DNA from: Octopus vulgaris
Lineage: Eukaryota
Direction of reading: 5' to 3'
Assembly (NCBI GenBank): GCA_951406725.2
Contig: OX597819.1
Location: 108,562,001-108,626,000 of the forward strand
DNA length: 64,000 bases
The first letter of the stretch is position 1; every line of letters begins with the position of its first letter. The notes beneath the pieces were generated by a model, which was not told the DNA's origin, searched no databases, and saw only the letters and a list, made by a program, of their open reading frames with translations. Shown here one piece after another: positions 42,111 through 56,209 of the stretch. The translations under genes and the position numbers were made by a program.

Positions 42111-42594
42111 GTGTGGCAGAGCACAGTGCATTCTCTATTTGAAGTTTCTCTCTGCCATTTTTTTATCCTCATGAAACCAGTTGATATCTGGCTGTTAAAG
42201 AGGCAGTTTGCACCTCTGCTGCTCCTTGGCCTCAGCCTTGTACGAGATCGATTCATTCAGTTCATCAACAAGGTCTTCTTCTTTCTCACCATCCTCATCA
42301 CTTCACTGACTGACCGAAAACTGAGACGACAAGGAACGGGCACCATATTCTGCCTCTCCATCCTCTTCCTGCCGGTCGTATTGCTACTGATAGCTGTTAC
42401 CACGGTGATAAGTGCACCACTGCTGCCACTCTTCACTCTGCCGCTTCTCTTCATTGGTTTCCCGAGACCAATCAAGTTTTGGCCAGCTTCAGTAGGCAGT
42501 TCAGCTAACATCTGTCCTGACTCTATCTACTACCGCCAGTTTGCAATGGCCCTTGTTCGCAGCCTGCACAGTGCCTTCACATCAGGATCCTTAG
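42111..42594 (+). CDS. PCNX4: PCNX4 coding exon 5
   Basis: Acceptor tttgtttcag; ISAPLLPLFTLPLLFIGFPRPIKFWP and DSIYYRQ pecanex motifs; donor AG|GTGAGT. Confidence 0.95.
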
Positions 42595-43942
42595 GTGAGT
42601 AAAGCATACATTTCCTTCTACATTTTTCTATTTTTTCCTTTGATAATGTTCACTTCCTCCACCTCCTCTGCAAACACAATTCCACCACCAACTCTACAGC
42701 CAGCATCTCACTCTGTCATGGTCCTACTATTTGTTTATTTCATCTTGGCATTGAGACTAATCCAACTGCAGGATAGTGATGGTATTTAGGTTTCCTCATC
42801 ATCGTTATCACCTACACCAGCATGGGCCTGGCTGGTATATAAAAAGCACCATTGGAGCGTTGGGCCTCACAGAGGCAGTAACAGGTGACTGAGACCATTG
42901 GTGATATACTGTACTTGTGTAGACCTGTCAAGCCAAGTAAAATCATAGTAGTCACGGTTGATGCTAATGTCATGTCAATGGCCCTCATGCCAGTGGCACA
43001 TAAAAAGCACCCACTACACTCTTAAAGTGGTTGGCGTTAGGAATGGCATTCAGCCGTAGAAACCTTGCCAAATCAGCTGGTGCAGCTCCCCGGCTTACTA
43101 ATTTTCAGTCAAATCTAACCATGGAAAACGGATATTAAACGATGATGATGACAACTGATTCTTAACCTTTTTTACCTATATTCTTCTTTGATTCCTATTT
43201 TATTCAGATGGACCCTCATAGCCATTCGATGTTTAAAAAAAATCCTATTATATTTTAAATAATATATAATTTTAAATAGATAAGTGTTATTAGGAATTGT
43301 ATAAAAAAGATTGTTAAAATATTTTGTGTTATATTACAAATTTTATTGCAGATAAATTTTAACAACAAAATCTTATACGGGCCCTTACAAGCTATATGGA
43401 CCCTCATTGGAAACCACTGACCTATCCTGTGGTGTCATATGCTGTTGAGATTAATATCCTCATCCTTATTCCTTACTAACAGGTGAGGAGGGATCATAGT
43501 GGTGGTAGCTTTGAGGTGTAGCACATTAAATAGGTTTACGTCAGGTCTTGTCTGTATGCATAAAATTTCACTTGCATTGTGGAATTCCTCCTCAAGCATT
43601 GCTGTCAAATAAAATGAATGTTACAATCCACAAGGTTTCTTTTTATCTGTCAATAACAAGAGAGCTTCTATGTGTTCACTTTGCTTTCTAGAAATAGTAG
43701 CCAAAACTCTCTTAAATCACATCTTGTCTTAGATAAAGGATATATAAGAAAATTTAGTTCTGCATGCTTCTAGAAAGGCAAGATGGTTGTGGATGGAATG
43801 TCTACTCAGTTAGGATTAACTTGAGCTTAAGCAATATCAACAATCCTTGCTTAATTTGTCTGTTATCTCAAGAGGACAGTTTTTGCCAGACATGTTTATA
43901 TTTTAAATTAATCTTTTTTGTTTTATTTTTTTTTGTTTTTAG

Positions 43943-44798
43943 GTGATCCAAACCCAGGGAATTTTTATTTGGTACGTTTCCAAGACCGTCTTGCCTGGAT
44001 CAGTGTGTTGGAACAAGGCAGTAGCCACGTGTCAATCAGTGTGAAGGGACTTGAACTTCAGGAGACTACGTGCCACACAGTTGAGGCGACACACATCGAC
44101 ACACACTTTGAGAGTACGTTTGAACCCCACCTGCACGGCAGCACAGTATCATCAGCATTCAGTTGGAATTCCTTCAACAAGTACCCATTCCACACGCTTA
44201 CACCTTATGATGCGTTCCCGGTACAGACCTACTCTGATGCACGCAGTGTTCTCATTGGGGTGATTGACTCACCCAACAGCCTGTTGATTGCAAAATCCTA
44301 CTTTCTTAAGAGTTTTGTTTGGTTACTGCTTCACCATGTGTTTAAAGTGAAAGAGAAGAAGGAGGAAGGACAGATGCCCTTTATGGAAAAAATGCCCCAA
44401 ATTATTGACATTCCTGGGGAGAAGTCTGAGAAAATATCCATGGCTGATCACGACCTTTTTGCTGTGGGTAACAGTTTCCGAATAGATGCCAGCCAGGCTT
44501 CATCACGTCCCTCTACAGCTGACTCCTCCATTGCAGCCAATGCAGCTGCTGCACAACGGCGCAAGTTATCGTGGGCGTCGTCTGTTGCCAGCTTCACGGA
44601 CAGCGTCTGGTCTGAGGACCGGGACACCCTGGACAACCGAAAGAAAGCCCCGATGACTGTGCTGAAGAAGGACCAGATCTCACCCATCACCATAATTGTC
44701 CAACCTCGGGCCAAACCAGAGATCACTGAGGAGTCGGAAGATGATGATCTGTTTGTTGAACCGTCTGTGTTTGGTTTACCAGTTACTGATATCAACAG
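43943..44798 (+). CDS. PCNX4: PCNX4 coding exon 6
   Basis: Acceptor tttttag; PGNFYLVRFQDRLAWISVLEQG..VKGLELQETTCHTVEA and YSDARSVLIGVIDSP motifs; donor AG|GTCAGT. Confidence 0.93.
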
Positions 44799-45042
44799 GT
44801 CAGTCACATTTTACAGTAACATATTCTATTCATATATCACTATTGCTGTATTTGTCATTGTCACTTTTTACTCATCATCATTGTCACATCACTGTCAATA
44901 CCATCATCATTATTGTTCACTTAACTACCTCATAGTCTACATCACATCAAGACCACATTTATATATACATTTATAAATACAGATGATTTTGTATAGTTGT
45001 TGTGGTAGTACTGATAGTGGCAGTTTTTGTTATAATAAGAGT

Positions 45043-45350
45043 TATTTATTTATTTATGCGCCCTTTTCAAGCCTAGCCAGGTTCATGGGCCAGGTTTCTG
45101 TGGCATATGTGTTCCCCCCAGCTGGATGGGATGCCAGTCCATCGCAACATTACTCAAGAAACAGGAAGAAAGAGTGAGAGAAAGTTGGAGCGAAAGAGTA
45201 CAACAGGGGTCACCACCAGCCCTTGCTGGAGCCTCATGGAGCTTTAGATGTTTTCGCTCAATAAACACACAACGCCTGGTCTGGGAAATGAAACCGTGAT
45301 CCTCCGACCACAAGTCGACTGCGCTAACCACTGGGCCATTGCACCTCCAC
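45043..45350 (-). mobile_element. tRNA-derived SINE (same family as 3614-3899) with 13-bp TSD
   Basis: Head GTGGAGGTGCAATGGCCCAGTGGTTAG. TSD TTATAATAAGAGT at 45030-45042 and 45351-45363. (AAAT)n tail. Confidence 0.85.
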
Positions 45351-45450
45351 TTATAATAAGAGTATTGGTTACTTAATTTCATTCACCTGCTTTCTCTCTG
45401 TGTATCTTTAGTATCTCCATCACATGCATTCCTTCTGTCTCTTTCTTCAG

Positions 45451-45812
45451 TATTTCACCACAGCCATGTTACTCCAAGAACCAACAGAAGAAGCTACACT
45501 CCAACGGCAGCAGCAGCATCTACCGTCCCCTGACCAGCCTTGCTGGCTCCCCAGACTTCAAATGCATCTACTCGTCACAGTTGAGCCTCCCAGTTAAATG
45601 GCGTGAGTTACCAATTGAGCCAACCTGGCTCCTTAAACTCCAGGATAGCTTCCCACGTGACTGGTACACCTATGTGCTGGGGCAGCTTGCCTGGAGCGCA
45701 ACTGACCAAATGCCCGTTGAACATGTGATCTCTGAAGTGGCAGCCGACACTTTGTTAATGAATAGTTATTCTCAGCTTACCATGGCCTGTTCATCAGTAT
45801 TTGAGTCACAAG
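45451..45812 (+). CDS. PCNX4: PCNX4 coding exon 7
   Basis: Acceptor tttcttcag; open frame including LSLPVKWRELP..FPRDWY; donor AG|GTTTGT; phases fit both neighbours. Confidence 0.88.
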
Positions 45813-46899
45813 GTTTGTCTACTTTGGTTGTTTACATTACAGTTTTTTGTTTTTCTATACAGACACAGGCATAGCTGTGTAGTAAGACACTTGCTTCCTG
45901 ACCACATGATTCCAGTTTCAGTACCATTGCATGGAACCTTGGGCCAACCAGAGCCTTGTGAGTGGATTTGGTGGGTGGAACTGAAAGAAGCCTGTCATGT
46001 GTGTGTTTGTGCCTGTGTCCGTGTCCCCTACTACTGCTTGACAACTAGTGTTGGTGTGTTTATGTCCCTGTAACTTAGCAGTTTGGTAAAAGGGATTGAT
46101 AGAATAAGTACCAGGCTTATCAAAAAATAAGTATGGGGTTGATTCATTTGACTAAGAACTCTTCAAGGCAGTGCCCCAGCATGGCCACTGTCTAATGACT
46201 GAAACAAGTAAAAGATAAAAGTTATTTGACCCTCGAATCAGCCCTGATTCAGCAGACTTATGATCAAAGAGTATCCAGTCATGATTATCGCATCTTTTTT
46301 AAGAGTTATATATAACTAAAAATAGATGTGTAACTATAGCTGCTATTTTTAGCAGAACAAGCAACCCTGTAGGGACTCTGTTCTTGGCTTATTCTCATTG
46401 TAGCTATTTTTGTGTTGTTGTCACTGTGGTGGTAGCAGCTGCTGCAGCAGCAGTTATGAGGGTAGCAGATTAGCAGAATCATTAGAGCATGAGAAAAAAT
46501 ATTTTGTGACATTTTGTTCTGGTTCTTTACATTCTTTAGATTGAGTTCTAATCTCACCGAGGTGAGCTGTGTCTTTGATCCCTTTGGTATCAATAAAATC
46601 AAGTACCAGTCACATACTGAGATCATTTTAAAAATCCACAAAACTCTCAACCAAAAAAAAAAGTGTTCTGTCCTTTTGTCTATATCTGAAACAATTATTG
46701 ATAAGGATCAGGCAGAATCATTTAAATATCATATAAAATATACTGAAGTATTTGTTATGGCTGTTTACATTCCAAGTTCAAACCCTGCTTTTATCTTTCT
46801 TCTCTCTGGAGGCGATAAAATAAAGTGCTGGAATCAACGTAATCAACTAATCTCCTATTCAAAAATTGCTGACATTCTTCCTGTTTCTTTAAACATTTT

Positions 46900-47350
46900 T
46901 TAAGGTGCTTGGGATTGAACTTACACTAGACTTTCTAAGTGGACAGGTACTGGGACATGGTTAGAGCAGGGTGGATGATCTGTCTACCCAGAAATGGGCT
47001 GAGAGAAAGTTGTCCCTGAATGTTCAAGTAGAAGTGGCAAATGCATATATCACATCCATTATTTATTACTGCTTAACCAACGTGTCTTGCTCCGGTTTTC
47101 ATCCGACCAGATTGCAAAGACTGCTCTTTTATTTATTGTGTATGGAACACATTTCACTGATCAGAAGGTCCATTTGTTGTCAACACCCACTGGAAAGAGT
47201 TTGGTATACTATAGCTGATGTGTGTGGGGATGTGCTGAGCCTATGGAATTAGTGGAGATTCTTGGACAGTGAATAAGTGCAGTAGCTGTTTGTGAGGCAC
47301 ATTCACCCACATTTCATTTCTTTGACAGAGGTGCAGTTCTGTGTTAAGTG
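46900..47350 (+). mobile_element. Degenerate L1/Tx1-clade LINE fragment in PCNX4 intron 7
   Basis: WAERKLSLNVQVEVANAYITSIIYYCL..LQRLLFYLL..RRSICCQHP resembles the post-RT W..R.LSL.GR region of Tx1/L1 ORF2. Confidence 0.6.
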
Positions 47351-47714
47351 AAGGCTAAATTTGGATGGATTTTGCAATATGAGTAGCTGTTGCTGGCCCT
47401 TAAATCAGCCTACTTCCATTTCTGGCTCAAAAGAGTTACTGTGAGTAGTCTCCCTCAACTCTCTCAGAGCATGTATAGTTGCTTCTGAAAAAGACAGACA
47501 GACAGGGACAGCAAGAGAGTGTGAAGGGGTAGAATTGATTCCAGTATTTGGCTGTTGTTTCATTTATTAACCCTGGGAGGATGAAAGTCAGTGAGATTTG
47601 AACTTGGAATGCAAAACTCTAGAAGAATTCTCATTAAGCATTTTTATAATATTTGACTGCCCTAACATTGATTCTATTTCATTACTAATCCAGTGTACAT
47701 TTCTTCTGCTTCAG

Positions 47715-47835
47715 ATGTCCACTCACCTGCCAGCTACCTTTATAAATATTACATTGGTAATATACCCTGGAATGCTATGTGGGACTGGTTAGCTGAAAAC
47801 AAAGACTTACAGACGATCGTATTGAAAGCTTTTAG
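47715..47835 (+). CDS. PCNX4: PCNX4 coding exon 8
   Basis: Acceptor cttcag; encodes VHSPASYLYKYYIGNIPWNAMWDWLAENKDLQTIVLKAF; donor AG|GTACTG. Confidence 0.92.
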
Positions 47836-48565
47836 GTACTGTTTTTTTTTCTCCTTTTTCTGACCTTTACTCATTCTGTGATTTCTGAGACTACATGTTG
47901 TTGTTGTTTATCCCCAGTTAATTTTGTGCAAACTTACAATGAAAGATGTTCCATTCATGACAATTCTATCTTTTACTCGTAATATATCTATGAAGGCATG
48001 TGACCTAGTTGGTAAGTATTGAATTCAAGACCACAAAGTTGAAAGTTCAATTCCTGTAGCAAGTGGTACATTGTGTTCAACAGGATACTTCATTCCACAT
48101 TGCTCTACTCTACTCAACTGAAATAAGTACCAGCCAATTGCTCTTAAAGCCCTATAACTCACCAGTTGTCACATCCTGGATGTATCACCGGGTCAAGGTT
48201 GGGAGGGCCAAGAGCATATTTATATCTGTTTGTGATTACATAGACACCTAAAACAATTTGTGACAACATGGTTCTTGTTACAAAGTTATTCTCAAATCTG
48301 GGTAACAGCTGTAATAGTTTTTAGTGGTGTATCTAGGACTATATATTTTTTTTTATCAAAGCTCTGTGTTGATGATGTCAGAGCTAAGGGAACACATAAT
48401 GAATGTTGCTGCAGTTCCTAATTCAGATTTGCACATGGGTGACTATTACTGAGTGTTCATAGGTTGTTCTTGACTGGAGAGTTCATAGTTCACTGTAAAT
48501 ATATAGCTCGAGTTAAATATAATCTCTAATTTTTTTTTTTCCCCTAATTAAAAATGTTCTTTTAG

Positions 48566-48752
48566 ATATGGTTTTAAATTAATGATGGACGAGGTACTGA
48601 TGAACCCAATCACCAGCCATGAAGAACTGAAAGAATTCCTTGAGGACTATGACCAAAATTGGTTTATTGGCTTGGAGTCAGATCCTGACTGGAGCCGAGC
48701 TATTTTGGCAGGAAAACCACATCTGTTTTCCCTAGGGCACAACACCTCACAG
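48566..48752 (+). CDS. PCNX4: PCNX4 coding exon 9
   Basis: Acceptor cttttag; encodes YGFKLMMDEVLMNPITSHEELKEFLEDYDQNWFIGLESDPDWSRAILAGKPHLFSLGHNTSQ; donor AG|GTATGA. Confidence 0.93.
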
Positions 48753-49408
48753 GTATGAACTGAATTGGAGAACCATTGTGTTTTTGTTTTTAACTCTTGG
48801 ACTTATAAATTTTTCAAACTAAGAAATGGATTAATATTTATTTCTTAGATGGTTGGCATATTTTTGTTTTGATAAAGATTTAACATTTGTGTGTGTGTGT
48901 GATAGAGATAATAGGCTAACATGCTGCATGGAGGGTAATACATGCTTATGTTTGTTAAAAGGTTAATACATATATGATTCGATTCTGAAAAGGCTAACTG
49001 ATTTATAGTTGTCAAGCAGCTGGTTATTAAAAGTTTAACTTTCTACCTTTTGATTGTCTTTGTTAAAAGATTAGCATGTTTGTTTTTTGTTGAAAAGTTA
49101 TGTTTCTTAAAAGACATTTTGATTTGCTTGCATTTCTTAAAGAAGTAACCTGTTGTAGGTGTATGTTTGTGAAAGTGTTAACCTAAATATCATTATTATT
49201 TACTGTCAGTTTTCCATGGCATGGGTTGGACGGTTTGACAGGTGCTGTCCAGACTCCAGTTGTCTCTTATGGTATGGCTTCCACACCTGGATGCCCTTTC
49301 TAATATCAACCACTTAACAGAGTGTGCTGGGTGCTTTTTACATGCCACCGGATAATATGTTTAAAGTATTTGTATTCATTACAGGGTTAATGTTTTTAAG
49401 TCTGATGA

Positions 49409-49717
<309 letters not shown>

Positions 49718-49838
49718 AGATCTCCTGATCTGTTACAAAAGACAAATTAAAGAACAAAAAAAAAATATATTTAAAACAATAGTACATAACAAAAAATTTA
49801 AATAATACAAACAAAATACTCCAGAAATAATAATAGTA

Positions 49839-49873
<35 letters not shown>

Positions 49874-50466
49874 AATGATATAATAACAATAATATATTAA
49901 TTTAAAAACAAAAGACATCTGATTTGGTACAAAGCCAATTTTATACTGTAGAAAATACAGTCAATTGAATTTATCCCCTCAGTGAATTTGGTGGTATTTA
50001 ATTGGTTGATGACATACAAAGCCAACTCTGATGGGGATTGGATTCAGAACAGTGAGGCATCGAAATGGATACCATAAACCGTTGGTGAGGGGTGGGGGGA
50101 GAGCATCTGTCTACTATTTCTGACATCACCACCACCATTCTGTAATATTAGTAATAACCAAGTAAAATCAAAAAGAAATGTGCTGAAAATTATGGTTGAA
50201 TGCCGACTATATATATATATATATCAGTTGCAACTTTAAATGACGCACACACAGAACACTTTCTTCCTACACTACTATGAAAGCTGGTGTTTTTTTTTGT
50301 TTTTTCACCTAAACAGATATGGCCTAATCTTATGCTGGTCAGATGTAAGTGTAACATAAGACAGATGAACAGGTCATTTGTTTTTTGGGTTTTTTTTAAC
50401 AGAACAGTGTATGTGTGTGTGTATAAAACAAAACAAGAAAGTTTGTTCATAAATTTCATGTATTGA

Positions 50467-50501
<35 letters not shown>

Positions 50502-53198
50502 GATATGATGTATAAACTGTTATTTTTTAATGCTGGTACAATATTGGGGTTTAGTTGTCTTTTCCTTGTCAAGTGTACTTATGTGTATGAGTGTGTGTGG
50601 TCATACACAACCTGTCCTTTTGTTGTGAACACAAGCATTGAATTTTTTTGCCTACATAGATGTGTATATTTCATATGTATGCAGGATTTTATTCCCAGAT
50701 ATATGTGTATGTGCAAGTCTATATATGTATGTTTATGTTTGTTTAAATATATACACATAGGGAACAGTAAGTAGGTTGTACTCAAGAGAGAGAAAGCAAA
50801 AGTGTGCGAGAGAGAATTCAATACAGGTTATTTGTAGAGTGTTATTGCAAGAATTGGAAGTTCCTATTCTTTGTGAAGAAATATTTGGACTGATGACACA
50901 CACACACACACATACATACTTAAGTGTGTGTTTGTGTGTGACATTCAATCAGTTTTTCCTCACAGTGGTATCTTTTTGTTTTGTTCATTTTTGAAATGTG
51001 GACAGCTGTATATAATATATGATACAGAAGTATGTTTCCCATCCATTAATACAATGGTTGTTTTATTTAGACAGTTGCATAGTTCTTTGTGTGTATATGT
51101 ACTTGTGTGTGTGTGTGCTTGTGTGTAAAATGATTGATTGATTAGTTTATACATTGGACCACTACCAGTTCCTGAGTTATAAGTTCATATCCCATATAAA
51201 CATTTTATTGTGTCTCTTGATATATCACTTAATTTGACACACTTCAGTTCATATTATTGTGGGTAGGTTGAGAAAGTTAGAGACCAATTCTTCTGAGAAT
51301 TCTACCTCTGGTAAAACAGATTCCTATCCAGAAGTTTTATTTCACATCAGTTTTATTGACCTCTGGCTCATAGAGGTATTATTTTTTTTTTACAATGCAT
51401 GTGTGTGTGTGTAAATGTGATTGTAATTGTGGATATATCTATTCATATTTTCATATGTGCATGTGTAATGTGGCTTATGCATCCATTACACAGATTATAA
51501 TTTTCTGCCTGTGCTCTTGTTGTATAGCCCCACTCAGCTGTGACCAAATTAACTGATGGCTGAAATAAAGCCATTTGAACACTTCATGTTAACCCAACTA
51601 ATACTGTGAAAACTTTAACCACAAAATCACAGTGGAATTTATAATGAAATTTTATGAAAACTGCAGCAATTTAAAATAAAATACAATTGACACTTGAACA
51701 GGAATTGAACACAAAATACTAATATAACTATCTTTTCATTAACCTTTAACATGCTTGGACACATCATGGCACCATATGAATTTTCTCCCCTGTAGCTGCA
51801 GGTGCATTATGTTTCATCGAGAGGGAAGAAAACTCATATGGCGACGTGATGCATCTACAGTGTGCTAAAGTTTAATTATATAGTGGAAACAGACCAGTGT
51901 CCTTTCAATGATACATTGGCTTATATTTTTAAATACATGTTAAATATTGATAAAAATCTCAGGCATCAATTAGCTTTTCCACTACATCACTCCCTCACTT
52001 TTATTAATAGGTAGGTTTCCATATGATACACAATCCCAGCATTGAGAAAACATTAAGAGTGTGCTTAATAAGAAATTTAGCAACATAGTTTACTGGTTAA
52101 TATGAAGGTAGAGCATTTTGTTAAGCTGATTTTGCCTGAAACTTAAAAGACATGTGTCTGTGGAATGTTCAACCTCTTAGATACTAATTCAGTTGATCAA
52201 ACAACTGAATCCTCCTTGTCAAAACCATTTACTTTACTGTTGGATGGACTATCAACTAGCTCAAGTCATGAGTTAAAATTTTCTGCAGATTTTACTCTGA
52301 ATTGCTGGAACAAATATTTAACTTCATACATGCCTCATGAAACAAGTATTAGGTTTTCTGAGCATGCTACCTGTGATAAACTGTTAGCCTACATCAGTGC
52401 TGGAGAGATTTATTTCTTCTCTCACATGCTTAATGCTGCAGATCAGTCTTTAAGTAAATATTAGTCTTTATGAATTCCTGTGGAACATGGTGATCAATTT
52501 TTCAAAGGTTGGTTTATTTACATAGAAGCTCCCTTGTTGGGTGTGAATATGTTGTGTTTGTATTGTACACAGTGATGATTTGAATTGTGTGAGAGAAAAT
52601 TTGGTTGGTCTATAAATAAAAGCTCTCCCTCCCTCCCTCAGAAATTATATCCTTTGAGATACAAGCATTGGGAAGTGGTGGATGTCTTGATACTTAAGAG
52701 AATGTAGATACCTAATTAAGGAACGGTTGTTTTTTTTATATCAACAAGTTAACTGAAGTCATATAAGCTCTCTCTTTTTCTCTCATCATTGGATCTTGTC
52801 CTGTGAATAAAAGATTTGTAAAATTTGGTCTCAGCATGAGTAGAGACTGTTGGGAGTGGGTTGTTTTTAATATTTTTGTATGTGAGGGAAGGTATGACTG
52901 TGTTGTCTTGACAGATTCAGTGACTTGACAAAGATGCTTCCTCCTCATCTAATATGCTTGCATTCACTGCAGTCAGGTAGGTGCTTTGGCTACTACTTCA
53001 TCTAACACTGCTCAACAAGTGCCCATCCAGCAATTGACTGATATATCTTTGTCTATATATATAATTCCAAACAAGAAAATAACCTTTTCCCTTAAATTGA
53101 GTTGAAGAGTTGTTCTTCACAGAACAGGAAAACTGTTTACTCATTGCAACAAGAATACAAAAGTTAAAAAGAACAAACTCTTTAGCAGTATAAATTCA

Positions 53199-53258
53199 AA
53201 TAAAGTTTATCAAAATTCTGCTGCTGTTTTATTTTTTTCTCTGCTTCTTTAAAATAAA
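53199..53258 (+). terminator. Candidate distal polyadenylation signals of PCNX4
   Basis: AATAAA at 53199-53204 and 53253-53258, followed by T/GT-rich sequence, at the end of a largely transposon-poor 3.5-kb stretch after the stop codon. Other AATAAA hexamers occur upstream, so usage is unproven. Confidence 0.4.
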
Positions 53259-54367
53259 TGTTTCAGTATTGTTATTTTCCCTATGTCTATTTCTGTTGTA
53301 GCCAGTTTTTTTCTTCTTCATCATCATCAACATCATCCAAATCAGCTCTGATTCAACAGACTTATGGTAAAAAAAATTCTCCAACTCATGACTAGCCATT
53401 TGTTACTTAGTCTTAGGACTATATTTATCCAAAGTTTCTTTCATTTATGAAAACAGTAGGACAGATTGACTACCATTTTTGCAGGTCAGGAGACCACACA
53501 GAGACTACCTCATTGGCTCAAAGCAGATCACTTGTGTTACAGTGACAATGCCATTCCACTTTGCTCACATTGTTTAAAGGAGATGAGCAAGATGCTTTTA
53601 ACCATAATTAGATAAAACAAAATCTGGAAATATGTTAAATCAAAGTTATAAAAATAAATTCCTAATGATAATCCTTGCTATTTTAGATAAAGGAAAGGTT
53701 TATATATATTAATCTATATATATATATATATATATTAATCTCTGTGCCGGTGGCACGTAAAAAGCACCCACTACACTCACGGAGTGGTTAGCGTTAGGAA
53801 GGGCATCCAGCTGTAGAAACATTGCCAGATCAGACTGGGCCTGGTGCAGCCTTCAGGCTTCCCAGACCCCAGTTGAACCGGCCAACCCATGCTAGCATGG
53901 AAAGCGGATGCTAAACGATGATGATGATGATAATCTGCTTTTATATGGAACAGTAGCAAAGACATTAATACTAATTCTTTCAACCTAGTTGTTAGCTAGA
54001 CCAAAGCCAACAGCTAGGTTGCTTATTATTTACTGGGTTGGTGGGATGGGTAGTGCTCATGATTTTGCAACCCTACCTAGACTGGTGAGAATGATGCCAC
54101 TAATGTTTGTCTTGAATTTTTGTAATTCCAGAGAACCAATATTCTGGAAAGGAAAGCTGATGTAGTTGCAATTAATGTTGGGATTGGACACAAAGTGTGA
54201 GATAAGTGTGATGGGGGTGCCTAAATGGAAGTGCTTGAGTCTGGTCAGCTACAAGAATCATAGGCCATTATAGTAATGAGAGTAAAAACACTAAGAGAGA
54301 AAACTGTACACTTGTGGCCAAAGGCTAAAGCATGTCTGCGAGCAACTTTATGCAATCAGTCAAGTGG

Positions 54368-54869
54368 CACTTTTCCAGGAAGTGTCCCCTGCCTCGGACT
54401 TTTCCAGGAATTCCTTCTCCGCAGGCTTTTCTGGGAAATCCTTCAGCTCCTTGGACATTTCCAAGAAGTCTCTCTTCTTTGGACTTTTCCAGGAAGTCCT
54501 TCCTCCCCTCCTCAGACTTTTCCAGGAAGTCCTTCCTCCCCCTCCTTAGACTTTTAAAGGAAATACCTCCTCCCCGCTTCTGGCTTTTCCAGGAAGTCCT
54601 TTCCCCTCTTCAGCCTTTTTGTGGAAGTCCTTCCTCCACCTGCTCGGACTGTTCTCGGAAGTCCTTCCTCCACCTCCTCAGAATTTTCCAAGAAGTTCTT
54701 CCCCTCCCTGGACCTTTCCAGGAAGTCCTTCCTTCCCCTCCTTAGACTTTTCCAGGAAGTACCCCCTCAGGCTTTTCCAGGTAGTGCCCCCTCCTCAGAC
54801 TTTTCCAGGATGTCCTTCTTCCCCTTACTCTTCAACTTCCTTGCAGTTTTCCAAGAAGTGCCCTCCCTA
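54368..54869. repeat. Minisatellite, ~16 units mostly 26-34 bp, core GACTTTTCCAGGAAGT
   Basis: Directly visible recurring core followed by variable C/T-rich linkers. Confidence 0.92.
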
Positions 54870-55989
54870 GCACGCCTAGCAGTAATGATGATGCAGATGA
54901 TGAGTGGTGTTGATAATGATAATGATGCTGATGATATATATTGAATGCAAACATTGCTTTTATATACATGCTTTGTAGAGTTTCAATAATTGCTGTGGAC
55001 TGAAGTATCTTATGGTCTTCAAGAGGTCCCATCACTGGGGATTCAATCCTAGTTATGTATCCTTGGTGATAAGGAGGGATTACCAAACAAAACAGCCTAC
55101 CATAGTTAATGGTGACTACTGAGATTGAGATAGCACTTTGTTTAAATAGTAAAAAAAAAATGGCTCATAGATTACCTTCTGATTGGCTAAAATTTTTAAT
55201 TCATTAAAATAACATTCATTGCAAAAGTGAAGTTAAACTGGTTGTGTATTCTAATTCATCATCATCATCGTTTAACGTCCGTTTTCCATGCTAGCATGGG
55301 TTGGACGGTTCGACCGGGCTCTGGGAAGCCAGGAGGCTGCACCAGGCTCCAGTCTGATCTGGTAGTGTTTCTACAGCTGGATGCCCTTCCTAACGCCAAC
55401 CACTCCATGAGTGTAGTGGGTGCTTTTTATGTGCCAGAGGAGGCTGGCAATGTCCACGATCGGTTGGTGCTTTTTACATGCCACTGGCACAGAAGCCAGT
55501 CAAGATAGCACTGGCATCAGTCACGTACGAATGGTGCTTTTTAGGTGCCAGGGTAGGCTGGCAACAGCCACGAATGGTTGGTGCTTTTTATGTGCCACCG
55601 GCATGGAAGCCAGTCAAGGCGGCGCTGGCATCGGCCACGTACGGATGGTGTATTTTACATGCCACTGGCACAGGTATTGCAACCACAATTTCCATTATTT
55701 AGAAGAAAAAAATTGTTCACATACTACTTATTTTTGATTTGCTAAAATCACACGCATGACAGTACAGTGAAATCAAACTTCCATCTGCATAAGATAATTA
55801 CACATCTAATATAGTTTGTTAATTACCTTTATAACTGAATAAAAGATATTGTCAGGTTTTGATAGAATACCTCAGTTTTTCTTAAGCTTAATCGCAAAAT
55901 TTCAGAACTCCATCTAACATTTTCAAAATAAATGTGTGGCACTTTCAGATTAATAAGTTAACGTGGTGCAGTATGTAGACATTGCTTAA

Positions 55990-56209
55990 CCCTTTAGTAT
56001 TGAAACCAGCCATATCAATCCAAATTTTTCTACCTTTCTTAGGTTGAAACTGGCTAATCCAGTCTCTCACATCTATCCAACAATGTCATCCTAGAAATAT
56101 ATAAACACAACATTCAAATCTCAAAAGCTACAAGATAATGCATAATTAATTGAAAACATTGTGAATAAATAAGCGTTACATATAACTAAGTAATCTGAAT
56201 GCTAAAGGG
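55990..56209. mobile_element. piggyBac-like MITE (220 bp)
   Basis: TTAA|CCCTTTAGTATT ... AATGCTAAAGGG|TTAA: CCC/GGG termini with a TTAA TSD. Confidence 0.8.

Noticed and set aside
44799-44976. Read-through ORF extensions beyond PCNX4 exon donors (also 38404-38507, 45813-45874)
   Set aside because: Intronic low-complexity sequence after good GT donors. The spliced model keeps the frame and the family motifs.
54368-54869. CRISPR-like appearance (conserved core plus variable spacers)
   Set aside because: The linkers are short, related to each other and low-complexity, the cores are degenerate, there are no cas genes, and the context is eukaryotic. It is a minisatellite.
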